A stretch of DNA of 64,000 nt from Spirochaetia bacterium (GTDB lineage: Bacteria; Spirochaetota; Spirochaetia; SZUA-6; Bin103): positions 2,384,549-2,448,548 of the forward strand of contig CBDAOI010000004.1 of assembly GCA_965198005.1 (NCBI GenBank), in the 5' to 3' direction. Position 1 is the stretch's first letter. Each line of letters starts with the position of its first letter. Below the pieces are notes generated by a model, which was not told where the DNA came from, ran no database searches, and was given only the letters and a program-made list of their open reading frames with translations. Below, in pieces: positions 30,739-41,879 of this stretch. A program made the position numbers and the translations under genes.

Positions 30739-30768
30739 CTGATCGTCACCTGGGCAGTGCGTGCTTGC

Positions 30769-31221
30769 TTACAACAGCTTATCTACGGCAACCAGGATCG
30801 CCACGGCAGCAGCGATAGCGGCTCCCAGACGGATGGTCAGCCGCTCCTGGACCTTGCTGATCTCGCCGCGCAGGCTGGCCGCCATCTCATTCATATCGCC
30901 GCGCAGGCTGGCCGCCATCTCATGCATCTCGCCCCGCAGGCTGGCACCCATCTCATTCATATCGCCGCGCAGGGTTGCGAGCTCTTCCTTGGTCGCAAGG
31001 GTTGCGAGCTCGCGGCGCAGGGTTGCGAGCTCTTCCTTGGTCGCAAGGGTTGCGAGCTCGCGGCGGATGCCGGCGATGTCGTCCTTGGTGGCGAGGTTCT
31101 CGACCATGCCCTCGGCAAAGGTCGAGACCAGCACGCGCGCCTTGGTCTCGTCGAAGCCCGCTTCTTCCTGCAGCCGAGTCGCCGCCTTGAGCGTATCGAA
31201 GGCTACCGCCACGCCGGCCAT
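30769..31221 (-). CDS. DUF1640/CCDC90-like coiled-coil membrane-anchored protein with tandem repeats
   Basis: FDTLKAATRL...GFDETKA, LATK repeats (51-nt unit x2), SLRGEM-type repeats (33-nt unit x3-4), C-terminal TM helix. Confidence 0.85.
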   Translation of the reverse strand: MAGVAVAFDTLKAATRLQEEAGFDETKARVLVSTFAEGMVENLATKDDIAGIRRELATLATKEELATLRRELATLATKEELATLRGDMNEMGASLRGEMHEMAASLRGDMNEMAASLRGEISKVQERLTIRLGAAIAAAVAILVAVDKLL

Positions 31222-31727
31222 CCTACCCCCTCGGCGGCGCCCTGTACACCACGATTCGTCACGTCGCTCATGTCAATGTACAACAGGCCACGCGCGCTGG
31301 CGCTTCAACCCGCGGCGGCGGGTGGCTCGAGGGCGCTCCGGCGGCGGCACATGGCGCGCTCGATGCTGACGCGGGAGATCTGGCGACGATACGCGCCGCT
31401 GGGGAGCGGCCTGCAAGGGACGGTCTCGACCGACTGACGGCGCGCTTGGATGGCGCTGGCGCCGGTGCCTGACGGCACCCGTTGCGGCGGCGCCGACTTG
31501 AGCCAAGGGGTTCGGCGCCGGCCCGGCTGGCGCGCGTGCCGAAGGTGCCGAAGGTCGCCGGCGGCGGCGTGGCCCCAGCAGATCGCGCTCTCGCGGCCGT
31601 TGGCGAACACCGGCCGGTACTGATCCCTAACACGCCGCCGCGGGCCGCGCGCCGACAATGAAGGTGAGTCGTCCGCTCCGGGTGCCGCTCGTCTCGCTCT
31701 GCCGGCACGAGCGGAAACCATCACTAC

Positions 31728-32174
31728 ATGAGGGAGAATGCATTGGACCATTTGAACAAGAAACCGATCTGCACCGTCCCGCTGGTGCTGATGCTGGCCG
31801 TGATGCTGGCCGGAATCGCGCTGCCGGCCGGCGCCGACGACCAGCCGGCCAGCGCCGCCGCGAGTATCTTCAAGCCTCCCCCGGATCAACGCTGGGAGTA
31901 CCTGATCCTGGCAATCGAACCCGAGTCGGAGAATATCTTCTTTGGCAACTACCTCACGTCGCAAGCGGAAGACGACATGGTTCAAGCCGAGATCACGCAC
32001 TTGAGGTCGCACGTCGACTGGGCCAACACCGACTGGGGCGGCCGCATCCTGCTGTACATGACCGTCCTCGGCCAGTGGGGCTGGGAAGCGATGTCGTTCG
32101 ACACGTCGTACATGTCCTCCTCCCAGTACATCCTCATGTTCAAGCGCCAGATCGGCAGAGACTACGACCACTAG
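31728..32174 (+). CDS. Secreted hypothetical protein (DUF4177-like motifs)
   Basis: Signal peptide; RWEYL...LGQWGWE pattern. Confidence 0.55.
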   Translation: MRENALDHLNKKPICTVPLVLMLAVMLAGIALPAGADDQPASAAASIFKPPPDQRWEYLILAIEPESENIFFGNYLTSQAEDDMVQAEITHLRSHVDWANTDWGGRILLYMTVLGQWGWEAMSFDTSYMSSSQYILMFKRQIGRDYDH

Positions 32175-32293
32175 CCGCAGAAGGGCCTCATGCTGGGACT
32201 GTCGCTCGGCGACAACGAGAGCGCCGGCAATGGAATCCGAAAAGCGCGCTCGGTGGGCAATGAATGACTCTCATGCCATTCAATGAGCATCCG

Positions 32294-32322
32294 TTGACAC
32301 AGCCACCTGTATGGATTACGCT
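32294..32322 (+). promoter_or_regulatory. Sigma70-type promoter of the OMP gene
   Basis: TTGACA-17-TACGCT; ATG lies 8 nt after the -10 box. Confidence 0.6.
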
Positions 32323-32330
32323 CATGCGTC

Positions 32331-33041
32331 ATGATCACGACTCGAAAGCTATCCATTGCGCTCTGCGCTACTCTGTTGCTGGCCCCGCTCGGCCTCCTGA
32401 CGGCCCAGACCCACGGCGACACCGGCGGATTCTATCTCGGCGCCAGCTACGGCGTGGCGCTCCCCGCGGAGAGAGATATTTCCGATCATTCGAAGACGAG
32501 CACGTTCGCCATTCAGAGCGACTTCGGTTTCTTCGGGGGCCAGATTGAGGTCGGCTACGCGATCAGTGGGTTCCGGCCGGGGATCTCGGTCGGCTACCAC
32601 CGCGCGTCCATTCCGTCCATCAGATTCAAGAAACTTGTCGGCGCATCCGAAGAGGATCTGAAAACCGTGAACGACCGAATCAACGAGGCCGACATCGACG
32701 GTTCGGTCAGCTCCCTGGAGTTGGCGGCAAGCGTCTACTACGACATTGACACTGGCACGCCGATCACCCCCTACATCGGCATCGGCGGGGGGATTTCGAA
32801 CGTCTCCGTGAAACTGACGGTACCGGATCTCCCTCCAATCTCGGTCGTAGTGGGCGATGCGCTGTGGGCGGTCGCATTCAAGGGGGCCGCCGGTATCGGT
32901 TACGCGGTCACCGAGCAGATGACCTGCTTCCTAGGCTACCGGTTGACCGGCACGTTCGAGGGCGAATTCAGCAAGGACAAAACAATTCTGTTGACGGCAC
33001 TGATCCACAACGTCGAGGCGGGGCTCCGCTTCCGCTTCTGA
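32331..33041 (+). CDS. Outer-membrane beta-barrel protein (OmpA/opacity/P44-like)
   Basis: Signal peptide, GFYLGASYG, YYDIDTGTPITPYIGIGGG, C-terminal GLRFRF. Confidence 0.85.
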   Translation: MITTRKLSIALCATLLLAPLGLLTAQTHGDTGGFYLGASYGVALPAERDISDHSKTSTFAIQSDFGFFGGQIEVGYAISGFRPGISVGYHRASIPSIRFKKLVGASEEDLKTVNDRINEADIDGSVSSLELAASVYYDIDTGTPITPYIGIGGGISNVSVKLTVPDLPPISVVVGDALWAVAFKGAAGIGYAVTEQMTCFLGYRLTGTFEGEFSKDKTILLTALIHNVEAGLRFRF

Positions 33042-33059
33042 GTCGACCGCGGCGCGGGC

Positions 33060-33275
33060 CAGAGCAGAGACCCCAGCCGGTCGCTGAGGAACTCCGATTT
33101 TCGCGCAGGACGATGGTGCCGGTGTCGATCAGGAGGTCGTTGGGGCGTTGCGGATCGAGGCGGATGCTGCCCTGGCTTTCGGTCAGCAGGCGCATCACCT
33201 GGTCCACCGGCACCTGCTGCATGCGGGCGAACTCGACCCGCACCACGCCGCGCTGCTCGCGCAGGCAGGAAGGTA
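33060..33275 (-). pseudogene. Probable Mfd (TRCF) C-terminal fragment, frameshifted
   Basis: LREQRGVVRVEFARM...IRLDPQRPNDLLIDTG...KSEFLSDRL resembles spirochaete Mfd C-termini; recognised from memory. Confidence 0.5.
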
Positions 33276-33409
33276 TTCCGGGGGGTTCGGGAGCAGACCA
33301 AAGTGCCCGCAAGGACGTCACAGCGCGCCTCTCAACCGTCTGGGCAGGATGACACGGACCTCTCCGGCCGCGCCCTCGCGATCCTCGAAGTGCTGGTCCG
33401 CTACAAGAC

Positions 33410-33482
33410 GCAGCCGATCATCGATTCGTTGCTCGACACCGCCGACCGACCCGAGCTCCCGTACATCTTCAGCCTGCGCAAG
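33410..33482 (+). repeat. Fragment of a paralogue of the twin-AAA ATPase gene
   Basis: Near-identical to ~53447-53516 (PIIDSLLDTADRPELPYIFSLR). Confidence 0.75.
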
Positions 33483-33651
33483 GATCAGGAAGTTGGGGAT
33501 GGTCGCGCACACGTGCAGGCGGGCGGTCGTGGCCACCGGACCCTTGGGGTTGTGCGGGGGCCACGGTGATTCCGTACATCTCCGCCAGCGCGGCGATGCG
33601 GCGCAGCTTGAGCCCCGGCGACGGAGGGCAGGGCAACGAGCCTGTCGCTGG

Positions 33652-34662
33652 TCACCAGCTTCGGGTGCCTTGCAGGGAGATGGTGTGCTGCGGGTCGGCG
33701 CCAAGCGTGGTCTCGTGGCGGGTGCCCTCGAGGCTGAGGGTGAGGCCGCGGCCTCGGGGCGGTGGTGATGGTGAGGCGGTAGCCGAGGCGGTAGTCGCGG
33801 CTGCCGTCGGCCAGACCCAGCCCGAGGTAGGGGGTGCCGACCCCCGCGGCGCCGAACAGCGGCAGGCCGTAGGCGGCCTCGGCGGTCAGCCGGGCGCCGG
33901 GATCGGCGCGGGCGGCGTCCGCGGTCAGGCCGGCCATGGTGGGCCGGCTGTGGAGCGCGTGCGCGCCGCTGGTCGCGGTCCCGCCCCAGGCGGGGGCGAG
34001 GGCCAGCGACAGGCCGAGGTCGGAGGCGGGGTCGGGATCGTAGCTGAGCGAGCCGGCCACGCCCCAGTCGGGGAAGACGGCCTTGTGCACCAGCAGCCCA
34101 TGACCGCTGACCTGCGCGGCGAGCCCAAGCGCCGGGGCGGTCCAGCGCAGGCTGCCGCTGAGGTCCAGGCCGAGGCCGGTGCCCGCCGTCGTGGCGCACG
34201 GCCAATTCCGCGGTGGGCGTGAGCCGTCCGCCGGCGCCCACGGCCAGCGCGTAGCTGCCTTCCAGGCCCAGCCGCAGCCGGCTCACGTCCGCCGCCGCCG
34301 CCGCCAGGCCGGGCGTTGCCTTCAGGCTGGTGCGTAGCACCAGCGCGTCCAGGTTCAGCGCCGGCCCGGCGCCGCCCGCGGAGTCGGGCGCCAGCACCTC
34401 GCCACGCGCGCCGCCCGCGCCCAGCAGCAGCCGGATACCCGGATTCCGCTCTCCAGCGGCTCGTCGCCGGGCGCGGTCAGCGTCAGCACGCCCTGGCCGT
34501 AGCCGGCGGCGCCCCACAGCGCCAGCGGCCCCGCGGCGTAGCCGACGTAGGGATAGCCGCCCACCAGCCACGAGCGCAGCGCGCCGTCCGCCGCCAGCGA
34601 CCGGTAGCTGCCGCCGCCGCTCTCGTGGTAGGCCAGCGCCAGCCCCGCCAGCCAGCCGCCGC
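33652..34662 (-). pseudogene. Partial second copy of the autotransporter beta-domain
   Basis: Nearly collinear with 36200-37207, with small indels; 5' end fused to a GH32 fragment. Confidence 0.85.
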
Positions 34663-35251
34663 CCAGACCTGGAGCGACGTGCCGCCCGAGAATGGCCGGC
34701 TGCTGCAGATCGCCTGGCTGCGCCGGCAGATGCCGGGGATGCCGTTCGGCCAGTGCATGACCATTCCGCACAGCCTGGGGCTGCAGCGACGCGGCGACCA
34801 AATGGTGTTGACTGCTGCCCTGGTACGCGAGCTGGAGAGCCTGCGGGTGGAGCGCTGGGAGATCGCGGACACGGAGATCACGCCGGCGCGGCCGCTCGAG
34901 GCCGAGGTGAGCGGCGAGCTGCTGGACGTCGAGGCGGAGCTGGATCTGGGCACCGCCGATTGCGTGGGCGTGGTGGTGCGCGGCGTGCCGGTGTTCTAAG
35001 ACCGGCGCCTGGACGCGCTGTGCTGCGGCGGCTACACGGTGCCGCTGCCGGCTCCGGAAGGCCCCTTCAGGTGGCGGATTCTGGTGGATCGTGCCTCGCT
35101 GGAGCTGTACGCGGATGACGGCGCGTTGACCATCGCCGCGGGCATCATCCTGCCGGAGTGGGAATCAGCCGTGCGGCTGGTGGCTGCCGGCGGTAGCGCC
35201 GTGGCGCGACGGGTGACGGTGGCGCGCCTGCGGTCAGCGTGGCCGGTATGA
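34663..35251 (+). pseudogene. Glycoside hydrolase family 32 (levanase-like) C-terminal fragment; in-frame TAA at 34997
   Basis: QTWSDVP..GRLLQIAW..MPFGQCMTIP..VRELESLR..ILVDRASLELYADDG. Confidence 0.75.
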
Positions 35252-35325
35252 GTCTCTCCGTGACCCCGATCGCGGGGGCCCTTGGCGCAGAAGTCGCCGG
35301 CGTGGATCTCAGCCGCTGGCTGGAC
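35248..35325 (+). pseudogene. TauD/TfdA dioxygenase N-terminal fragment
   Basis: MSLSVTPIAGALGAEVAGVDLS. Confidence 0.7.
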
Positions 35326-35329
35326 ACTC

Positions 35330-35728
35330 GCTGCGGTAGCCGGCGGGTGGCAGCGGGGAGGCGCCGGCGGCATGTTCGCGCTTGCCGGCGTACAGGGCCG
35401 GGTCGGGCGGTGACTGAAAGCTGATCAAACGCGCCGGAGCGCCGGAGTCGTTGACCGTGCCGTGCACTTCCCCCACCGGCACGAAGATCCCCTCGCCGGC
35501 CTCGATTGGCGTGTAGACATCTCCCTGGCGGACGGAGCCGCCGCCCTCCAGCACGACGATCATGTCTTCCGATTCGTCGTGCAGGTGCTGGGTGAACTCC
35601 TGGCCCGGCTCGTGCAGGCCGTGGTTGAGGGTGAGCCGGCGGGCACCCATCTCCGGGTGCGCGATGCGCCAGTTGCTGCCCTTGCCCATGCGGAAGGCGC
35701 GGCCCGCGTACAGGTCGAGGAATTGCAT
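35330..35728 (-). pseudogene. Cupin-domain protein, 3' truncated
   Basis: QHLHDESED...VPVGEVHGTVN; ATG overlaps the PhyH stop. Confidence 0.7.
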
Positions 35729-36190
35729 CAAGCCGGGTTGGCCGCGGTCTCGGCAAACAGCGAGGTGGTCCAAGTGCCGGGGTTGGCCGGCTCTTGAAAG
35801 AGAAGCTGCTGGCGCGGGGTGAGCGGCACCGAGGCGGGCGCCTGCACGCGGCGCGCCGACCAGGCGAGGTGCGACTGGCAGTACTTGTAGAGCAGAGTGC
35901 GGCGCTGGTGCGCTCCGTTCCAGGGCGCGGTGCCGTGGGTCAACGCCTCGGAAAACAGCACCACGGATCCCGCCGGTGCCTCGGGTACCACGACGCCGGG
36001 CGCCAGGGAATCGCCGTCCATCATCTCCCGGATCTCGTGGTCGCCGACCAGCACCTGGAACGCATGCCCGGTCATCACCTCCGGGCATCGCACCGGCTGC
36101 GCGTCGGGCACCGGTCCCCGGAAATCCAGCTCGAACGCCCCGTCCGCGCTGGTCTCGTAGCCGCCCCTCATCGTCACCACCGCCGGCCGC
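35728..36190 (-). pseudogene. Phytanoyl-CoA dioxygenase family fragment
   Basis: AGSVVLFSEALTHGTAPW..RRTLLYKY. Confidence 0.75.
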
Positions 36191-36199
36191 TTGTCATTG

Positions 36200-37666
36200 T
36201 CACCAGCTTCGGGTGCCTTGCAGGGTGACGGTGTGCTGCGGGTCGGCGCCAAGCGTGGTCTCGTGGCGGGTGCCCTCGAGGCTGAGGGTGAGGCCGCGGC
36301 CTGGGGCGGTGGTGATGGTGAAGCGGTAGCCGAGGCGATAGTCGCGGCTGCCGTCGGCCAGACCCAGCCCGAGGTAGGGGGTGCCGACGCCCGCGGCGCC
36401 GAACAGCGGCAGGCCGTAGGCGGCCTCGGCGGTCAGCCGGGCGCCGGGGTCGGCGCGGGCGGCGTCCGCGGTCAGGCCGGCCATGGTGGGCCGGCTGTGG
36501 AGCGCGTGCGCGCCGCTGGTCGCGGTCCCGCCCCAGGCGGGGGCGAGGGCCAGCGACAGGCCGAGGTCGGAGGCGGGGTCGGGGTCGTAGCTGAGCGAGC
36601 CGGCCACGCCCCAGTCGGGGAAGCCGGCCTCGTGCACCAGCAGCCCATGACCGCTGACCTGCGCGGCCAGCCCAAGCGCCGGGGCGGCCCAGCGCAGGCT
36701 GCCGCTGACGTCGAGGCCGAAGCCGGTCTCCGCGTGCCCGCCGTCGTGGCGCACGGCCAATTCCACGGTGGGCGTGAGCCGTCCGCCGGCGCCCAAGGCC
36801 AGCGCGTAGCTGCCTTCCAGGCCCAGCCGCAGCCGGCTCACGTCCGCCGCCGCCGCCGCCAGGCCGCGCGTTGCCTCCAGGCTGGTGCGCAGCACCAGCG
36901 CGTCCAGGTTCACCGCCAGTCCGGCGCCGCCCGCGGAGTCGGGCGCCAGCAGCTCGCCACGGGCGCCGCCTGCGCCCAGCAGCAGCCGGATACCGCTCTC
37001 CAGCGGCTCGTCGCCGGGCGCGGTCAGCGTCAGCACGCCCTGGCCGTAGCCGGCGGCGCCCCACAGCGCCAGCGGCCCCGCGGCGTAGCCGACGTAGGGG
37101 TAGCCGCCCACCAGCCACGAGTGCAGCGCGCCGTCCGCCGCCGGCGACCGGTAGCTGCCGCCGCCGCTCTCGTGGTAGGCCAGCGCCAGCCCCGCCAGCC
37201 AGCCGCCATGCGCGTAGTCGGCGCCCAGCAGCCCGGCCCACACGTCGCCGTCCAGCTCCACGGCACCGTCGCGACCGCCGAAGCGTGAGAACGCGCCGCC
37301 GCCCCACAGCGTGAGGGTGCCGCCGTCCGCCGCCGGCACCCCGACCTGGAACGCGCTTTCGCTCAGCAGCTCGCGCGCGGGCAGGATCCGCGCCCCGGTG
37401 GTGTCCTGCTCGCCACGTACCCACGCGGCCAGTTCCGCCAAACCTGCGGCCGGCGACGCATGGCCGCCGAGCGCCGCTACCGCACCATCGATCCCCGCCG
37501 GGGCAGCCGCGGGTGCGGCATGCGGGACCCGGTGCCCCGCGAGCGTCACCTGAGCCCCCGCCGACTGCGACGCCCGCAGCCGCTCCTCGACCGCGTTCAG
37601 CACCTGTTCCGCCACGGTGCGCCCGAAGCGCGCCAGCCACGCTCGCGGCAGCGGATCGGCGTTCGT
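36200..37666 (-). CDS. Giant surface protein, segment 3: autotransporter beta-domain
   Basis: NADPLPRAWLARFGRTVAEQV linker, LGADY, VSRLRLGLEGS, RHDGGHAETG, terminal W; joined to segment 2 by a single extra base near 37667. Confidence 0.88.
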   Translation of the reverse strand, partial: TNADPLPRAWLARFGRTVAEQVLNAVEERLRASQSAGAQVTLAGHRVPHAAPAAAPAGIDGAVAALGGHASPAAGLAELAAWVRGEQDTTGARILPARELLSESAFQVGVPAADGGTLTLWGGGAFSRFGGRDGAVELDGDVWAGLLGADYAHGGWLAGLALAYHESGGGSYRSPAADGALHSWLVGGYPYVGYAAGPLALWGAAGYGQGVLTLTAPGDEPLESGIRLLLGAGGARGELLAPDSAGGAGLAVNLDALVLRTSLEATRGLAAAAADVSRLRLGLEGSYALALGAGGRLTPTVELAVRHDGGHAETGFGLDVSGSLRWAAPALGLAAQVSGHGLLVHEAGFPDWGVAGSLSYDPDPASDLGLSLALAPAWGGTATSGAHALHSRPTMAGLTADAARADPGARLTAEAAYGLPLFGAAGVGTPYLGLGLADGSRDYRLGYRFTITTAPGRGLTLSLEGTRHETTLGADPQHTVTLQGTRSW

Positions 37667-40600
37667 CGATGGTCCCGGTTGCCTCCGCGTCGGACAGCCG
37701 TGCGCCGAACGGACGCGACAGCGTCAACGTCAGCGTCTCGGCGCCCTCCTCATGGGCGTCGTCGAGCACCGCCACCGCGACCGTCTTGGCGGTCTCGCCC
37801 GGCGCGAAGCGCAGCGCGCCCCGCACGGCCACGTAATCCGCGCCCGCCACCGCCGTCCCGTCGGCGCTCGCATAGCGCACCGAGACCGCGGTGGCCTGCG
37901 GCTGCTCCAGCGTCACCCGGAAGCGGAGCGCCGCGCCCGCGGCTTCACGTACCGCGGCGTCCGCCACCGACACGCCCGGGCCGGGGGCCGGCGCCGCGCC
38001 CCGGCGATTCAGACGCACCGCAACGGTCATGCCCGGCTCCCAGTCGAGCTCGACGCTCCAGGCGTAGGTCGTGCCGCTGCCTGCGCCCGCCAGGGCCAGC
38101 TCGACCTCGCCGAAGTGCAGGGTCAGCCCGTCGATCTCCTCCGGCGCTCGGGTGAAGCCGACCAGCAGCTCGCCCGGCACGTAGATGACGTAGTCGAGCG
38201 CGTAGTCGACCCCGTCCTCGGTCCAGCCGTTGTCGTCCACGGCGTCGCCGAGGGCGCCGATCCAGCCGCCGTAGGTCCCCACCTCCAGCTCGCCCGACCA
38301 CAGCGTCACGGCCGCCGATGACGGCGCCTGCTCGTCGTCGAACACGTCCACCCCGGCTGCCGCGGCAGCCGCAGCCACCCGGTAGCCGGCACCGGCCGCT
38401 ACCGTCGCCGTCACCCGCGCGTCCGCCTCCGCCGCGGCGTCGTCCTCGGTGGCGATCCTGAGCCGCGCCTCGGCGGTGTTTTCCGCGAAGGTGACCGATG
38501 ACGGCGCCGCGCCGTCGAGCACGTCGCCGGCCTCGGTCACCGAGACCGTGACGGTGAGCGCCGAGGTCGTAGCGCCGCTGCGGCGCAGCACGAACACCGC
38601 GGCACTGCCCTCGGTCACCGGCGAGGCCGCCGCCGCGATCGAGACCTCGGGCAGCGGCGCCGAGACGGTGGCCGTCGCCGCGCTGAGCAGCGTTTCCTCC
38701 GTGCCCCCGTCATCGGTGAAGGTGACGCGCACCTTGACCGTCTTGCCGGCCTCGGCGGCGGTCAGCGTGTAGCTCGCCTCCGTCGCGCCCGCGATGTCCG
38801 CGTCCCCGCTCCCGTCATTGACAATCCATTGCCAAGCGAAGACCGCACCGGCGAGCCCGTCCGCGTCTTCGATTCCGTGCGCGGAGGCCGTCAACGTCGC
38901 GCCCACCAGCGGCGTGCCCGCAATCGCCGGCCGGCCCGCCGGCAGCGTGTTGGCCACGGGGGTGGCATTCGTCACCGCCTGGCGGGAGAACCCGGCCGCG
39001 GCATTGCCGGCCGGGTCGCGGATGCGGGCCGATGCCTCCGCCGGCACGCTGTAGGTCACCGCGACCGTATCGTCCGCCGTCACCGCGGAGGCCAACGTCA
39101 GGAGCGTCGCGCTGCCGTCCACCGACACGCCGGAGACTCCGCGCGAGGCCGTCCCGACGGTGACCGCGAAGGCGCCTGCGGGCGGCACCGAGCTCTCGTC
39201 CAGCGCCTCATCGAAGGTCAGTGTCACGGTCGCACCGTCCACCGAGGCGCCGGTCAGCACCGGCGCGTCGTCGTCGACATCGGTGAGCCGCACCGTCAGC
39301 TCGGCCGCGACCGGATTGGCGCCATCGGTGACGGCGACCGTCACCTCGTACTCGCCGTCCGCACCGGCATCGTCGGGCGCCTCGAAGTCGGGAGCCGCCT
39401 TGAACGCCAGCACCCCCGCCGCCGTCAGCGTGAACTTGTCCGCGTCCGCGCCCCCCGCGATGGACCACGCGAGGTCCGCCGCCGGCGTATCCGTGTCCGT
39501 GGCCACGAGCGTCGCGACTGTCGTGCCGTTCTCCGGCGCAGCGATCGGCGTTGCCGTCGTGACGACCGGCGCCGCATCGTCGTCCGCCACCGTCACCGAC
39601 GCGGAGGCCGCGTCCGCGTCGACCGCATAGCCGTCGCCGCCCTCGAGCGTCGCGGTCACCGTGCTCGCGGACTCGGCCGTCTCGTCGTCATCCGTGGCCA
39701 CCGCGAGCTCGGCGGTGCCGGCGCCCGCCGCGAAGGTCACGTTGGCGGGGGGCGCGCCCATGAGCGCCGCGCCGTCTTCCGCCACCACCACCGCGACCGT
39801 CAGCGCCGCCGCCGTATCGCCGCTGCGGCTCAGCGTGAACGCCGCCGCCGTGCCCTCCGCGACCGCGCTCGCCCCGGCCGCGATCGAGATCGCCGGCAGC
39901 GGCCCGGCGATGGTCGCCTGCGGCCGGTTCGACAGCCGCCCGCCATCCGCCGTGCAGAGCGCGCCCGCCGCATCGCAGGCCCGGTCCGCCGGCAGCGCGA
40001 GCGTGACCTCGGCATCCGAGGCGGGTTCGACGCTGAGCTCCCACAGGTCGCTGCGCCCGTCGATGCGCCGTGCCCCTGTTACCGAGCCGTCCGTGACCTC
40101 GGCGGCGTGATCGCCGAACGCCGCGACGCCGGTCGTCACCGCCTCGCTGAACGCGATCCGCACGGCGAAAGCCGTGGCGCCGTCATGGCGCTCCGGGACG
40201 TTCTCGAAACGCGCCATCAGCGCCGCCGACACCTGCCCCGTGGCCGCGCTGACCAGTGTCTCCTGCGTGCCGCCGTCATCGGTGAACGTCACCTGTACCT
40301 TGACCGTCTTGCCTAGCTCGGCCGCGGTCAGCGTGCAGGTCGCGCCGGTCGCTCCCGCGATCTCGGCATCCGCGCTCCCGTCGTTGGCGATCCACTGCCA
40401 GGCGTACGTCGCGCCGCTCAGGCCGTCCGCGTCCGCGATCCCGATCTCCGACGCCGTCAGCGTCTCGCCCACGCGCGCGGTGCCGGAAACCGCCGGCAGC
40501 CCGGTCGGTGGCGTGTTCACAGAGTCAGAGGTGTTGTTCGTCACCCGGCGCAGCGACACCGCGACCCGGACGCCGTCCGACGCCCCGTCCTCGTAGCGCG

Positions 40601-41879
40601 AATATTCAGGACTCGGCTGTGGCGTGCGGCCCGCCAGCATCGGCAACGTGCCGCGCTTCACTTGTACCGCTTCCAGCCCCGAGATCCGGTATCCGTTCCA
40701 GTACGCCACCAAGCCCGATGCGTCGGGCAGCGTCGAACCCGTCGCCAGCGCGAACACGCCTCTCGAATTCACGAGGAACGCATCCACTACGTAAGTCGTA
40801 CCGCCGTCCTCGAACGAGGTGACGTCCATCTCTCCGAACGACTCGCCCAGCACCCGCCCGTACCCCGCGACCCAATAGGGGAACTGATGCGAACCCAGTG
40901 TCACCGTCGCCGACAGCAGCTCCTCCTCGCCGTCCGCGAGCGGCGGATTGGCGGGTGCCGACCACACCGGCGCCGTCGGCGCGCTCGTCAGCGTCTCACC
41001 GTCGCGCTCGACCCGCACCGAGAGCCGTGCGCCCACGTCAGCCACCGTCGGGACATAGGTGCTCGCCGTCGCTCCCGCGATCACTTCCGATCCGCGCAGC
41101 CACTGATATGCCAAAGCACCACTCGGCGGTTCCGCGAACGACGCCTCCAAGGTGTTCCCGACCTGCGGTACCCCGTCGATCTGCGGCATCGACACAAACG
41201 GCGATTCCTCGTCGGAAATCGTGCCGGTCGCCTCGGCGTCGGCAAGTGTCGCACCCGAGGGGTTGCTGAGCTGCAGCGTCAAGGTCTCCCCGCTGTCTTC
41301 TACCGTGTCGTCGAGAATGACGACGCTTACCGTCTTGCTCGTCTCCCCGGGTCCGAAGGTGAGCGTCCCGTTGGCCGCGGTGTAGTCCTCGCCCGCGGTC
41401 GCAGTGCCGTCCGCTGTGACCCAATCCACCGTCACCGTCTCGCAGTCGTCCCGCGCGTTGAGCGTCACCTCGAAGTCGATTGTTCCGTCGGTGCCCTCCG
41501 TGGCGCTCGCGTCCGCGGCCGATACCTTCCAGTTGTGTGCGAAATACAGCGAGTTGGCGGACGCGGTATTGAGGTTGCCGGACCTGTCTTGCCACCCGCC
41601 GGCAGGAACGGTGATCACGACGCCATTGACGTCCGAGACCGCACCGCGATTTTCCAGCGACACCACTGGCGTCGTGAAGTAGCGATAGTGCAGGTGGCTA
41701 CCTGCGAGGCCCCCTATCGCCAACCAACTGAAGTCGGTGTCATCCTGGCCGGCTATCTCAAACGGGCGAGCGCTGGTGTCATCGGCATTCGTGACCCGCT
41801 CGCTAAAATGTAACTCCCACGACAGCGAGTGGTTACCTCCCACCTGTGGACCGAGGGATTCGCTTCCAGGTCGACGCAT
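37667..41879 (-). CDS. Giant surface protein, segment 2: Calx-beta, Ig-like, cadherin and SwmB-like repeats
   Basis: TADGTATAGEDY..LTFGPGETSKTV (Calx-beta), APDFEAPDD (cadherin), LTFDEALD, NTPPTGLP modules. Confidence 0.85.
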
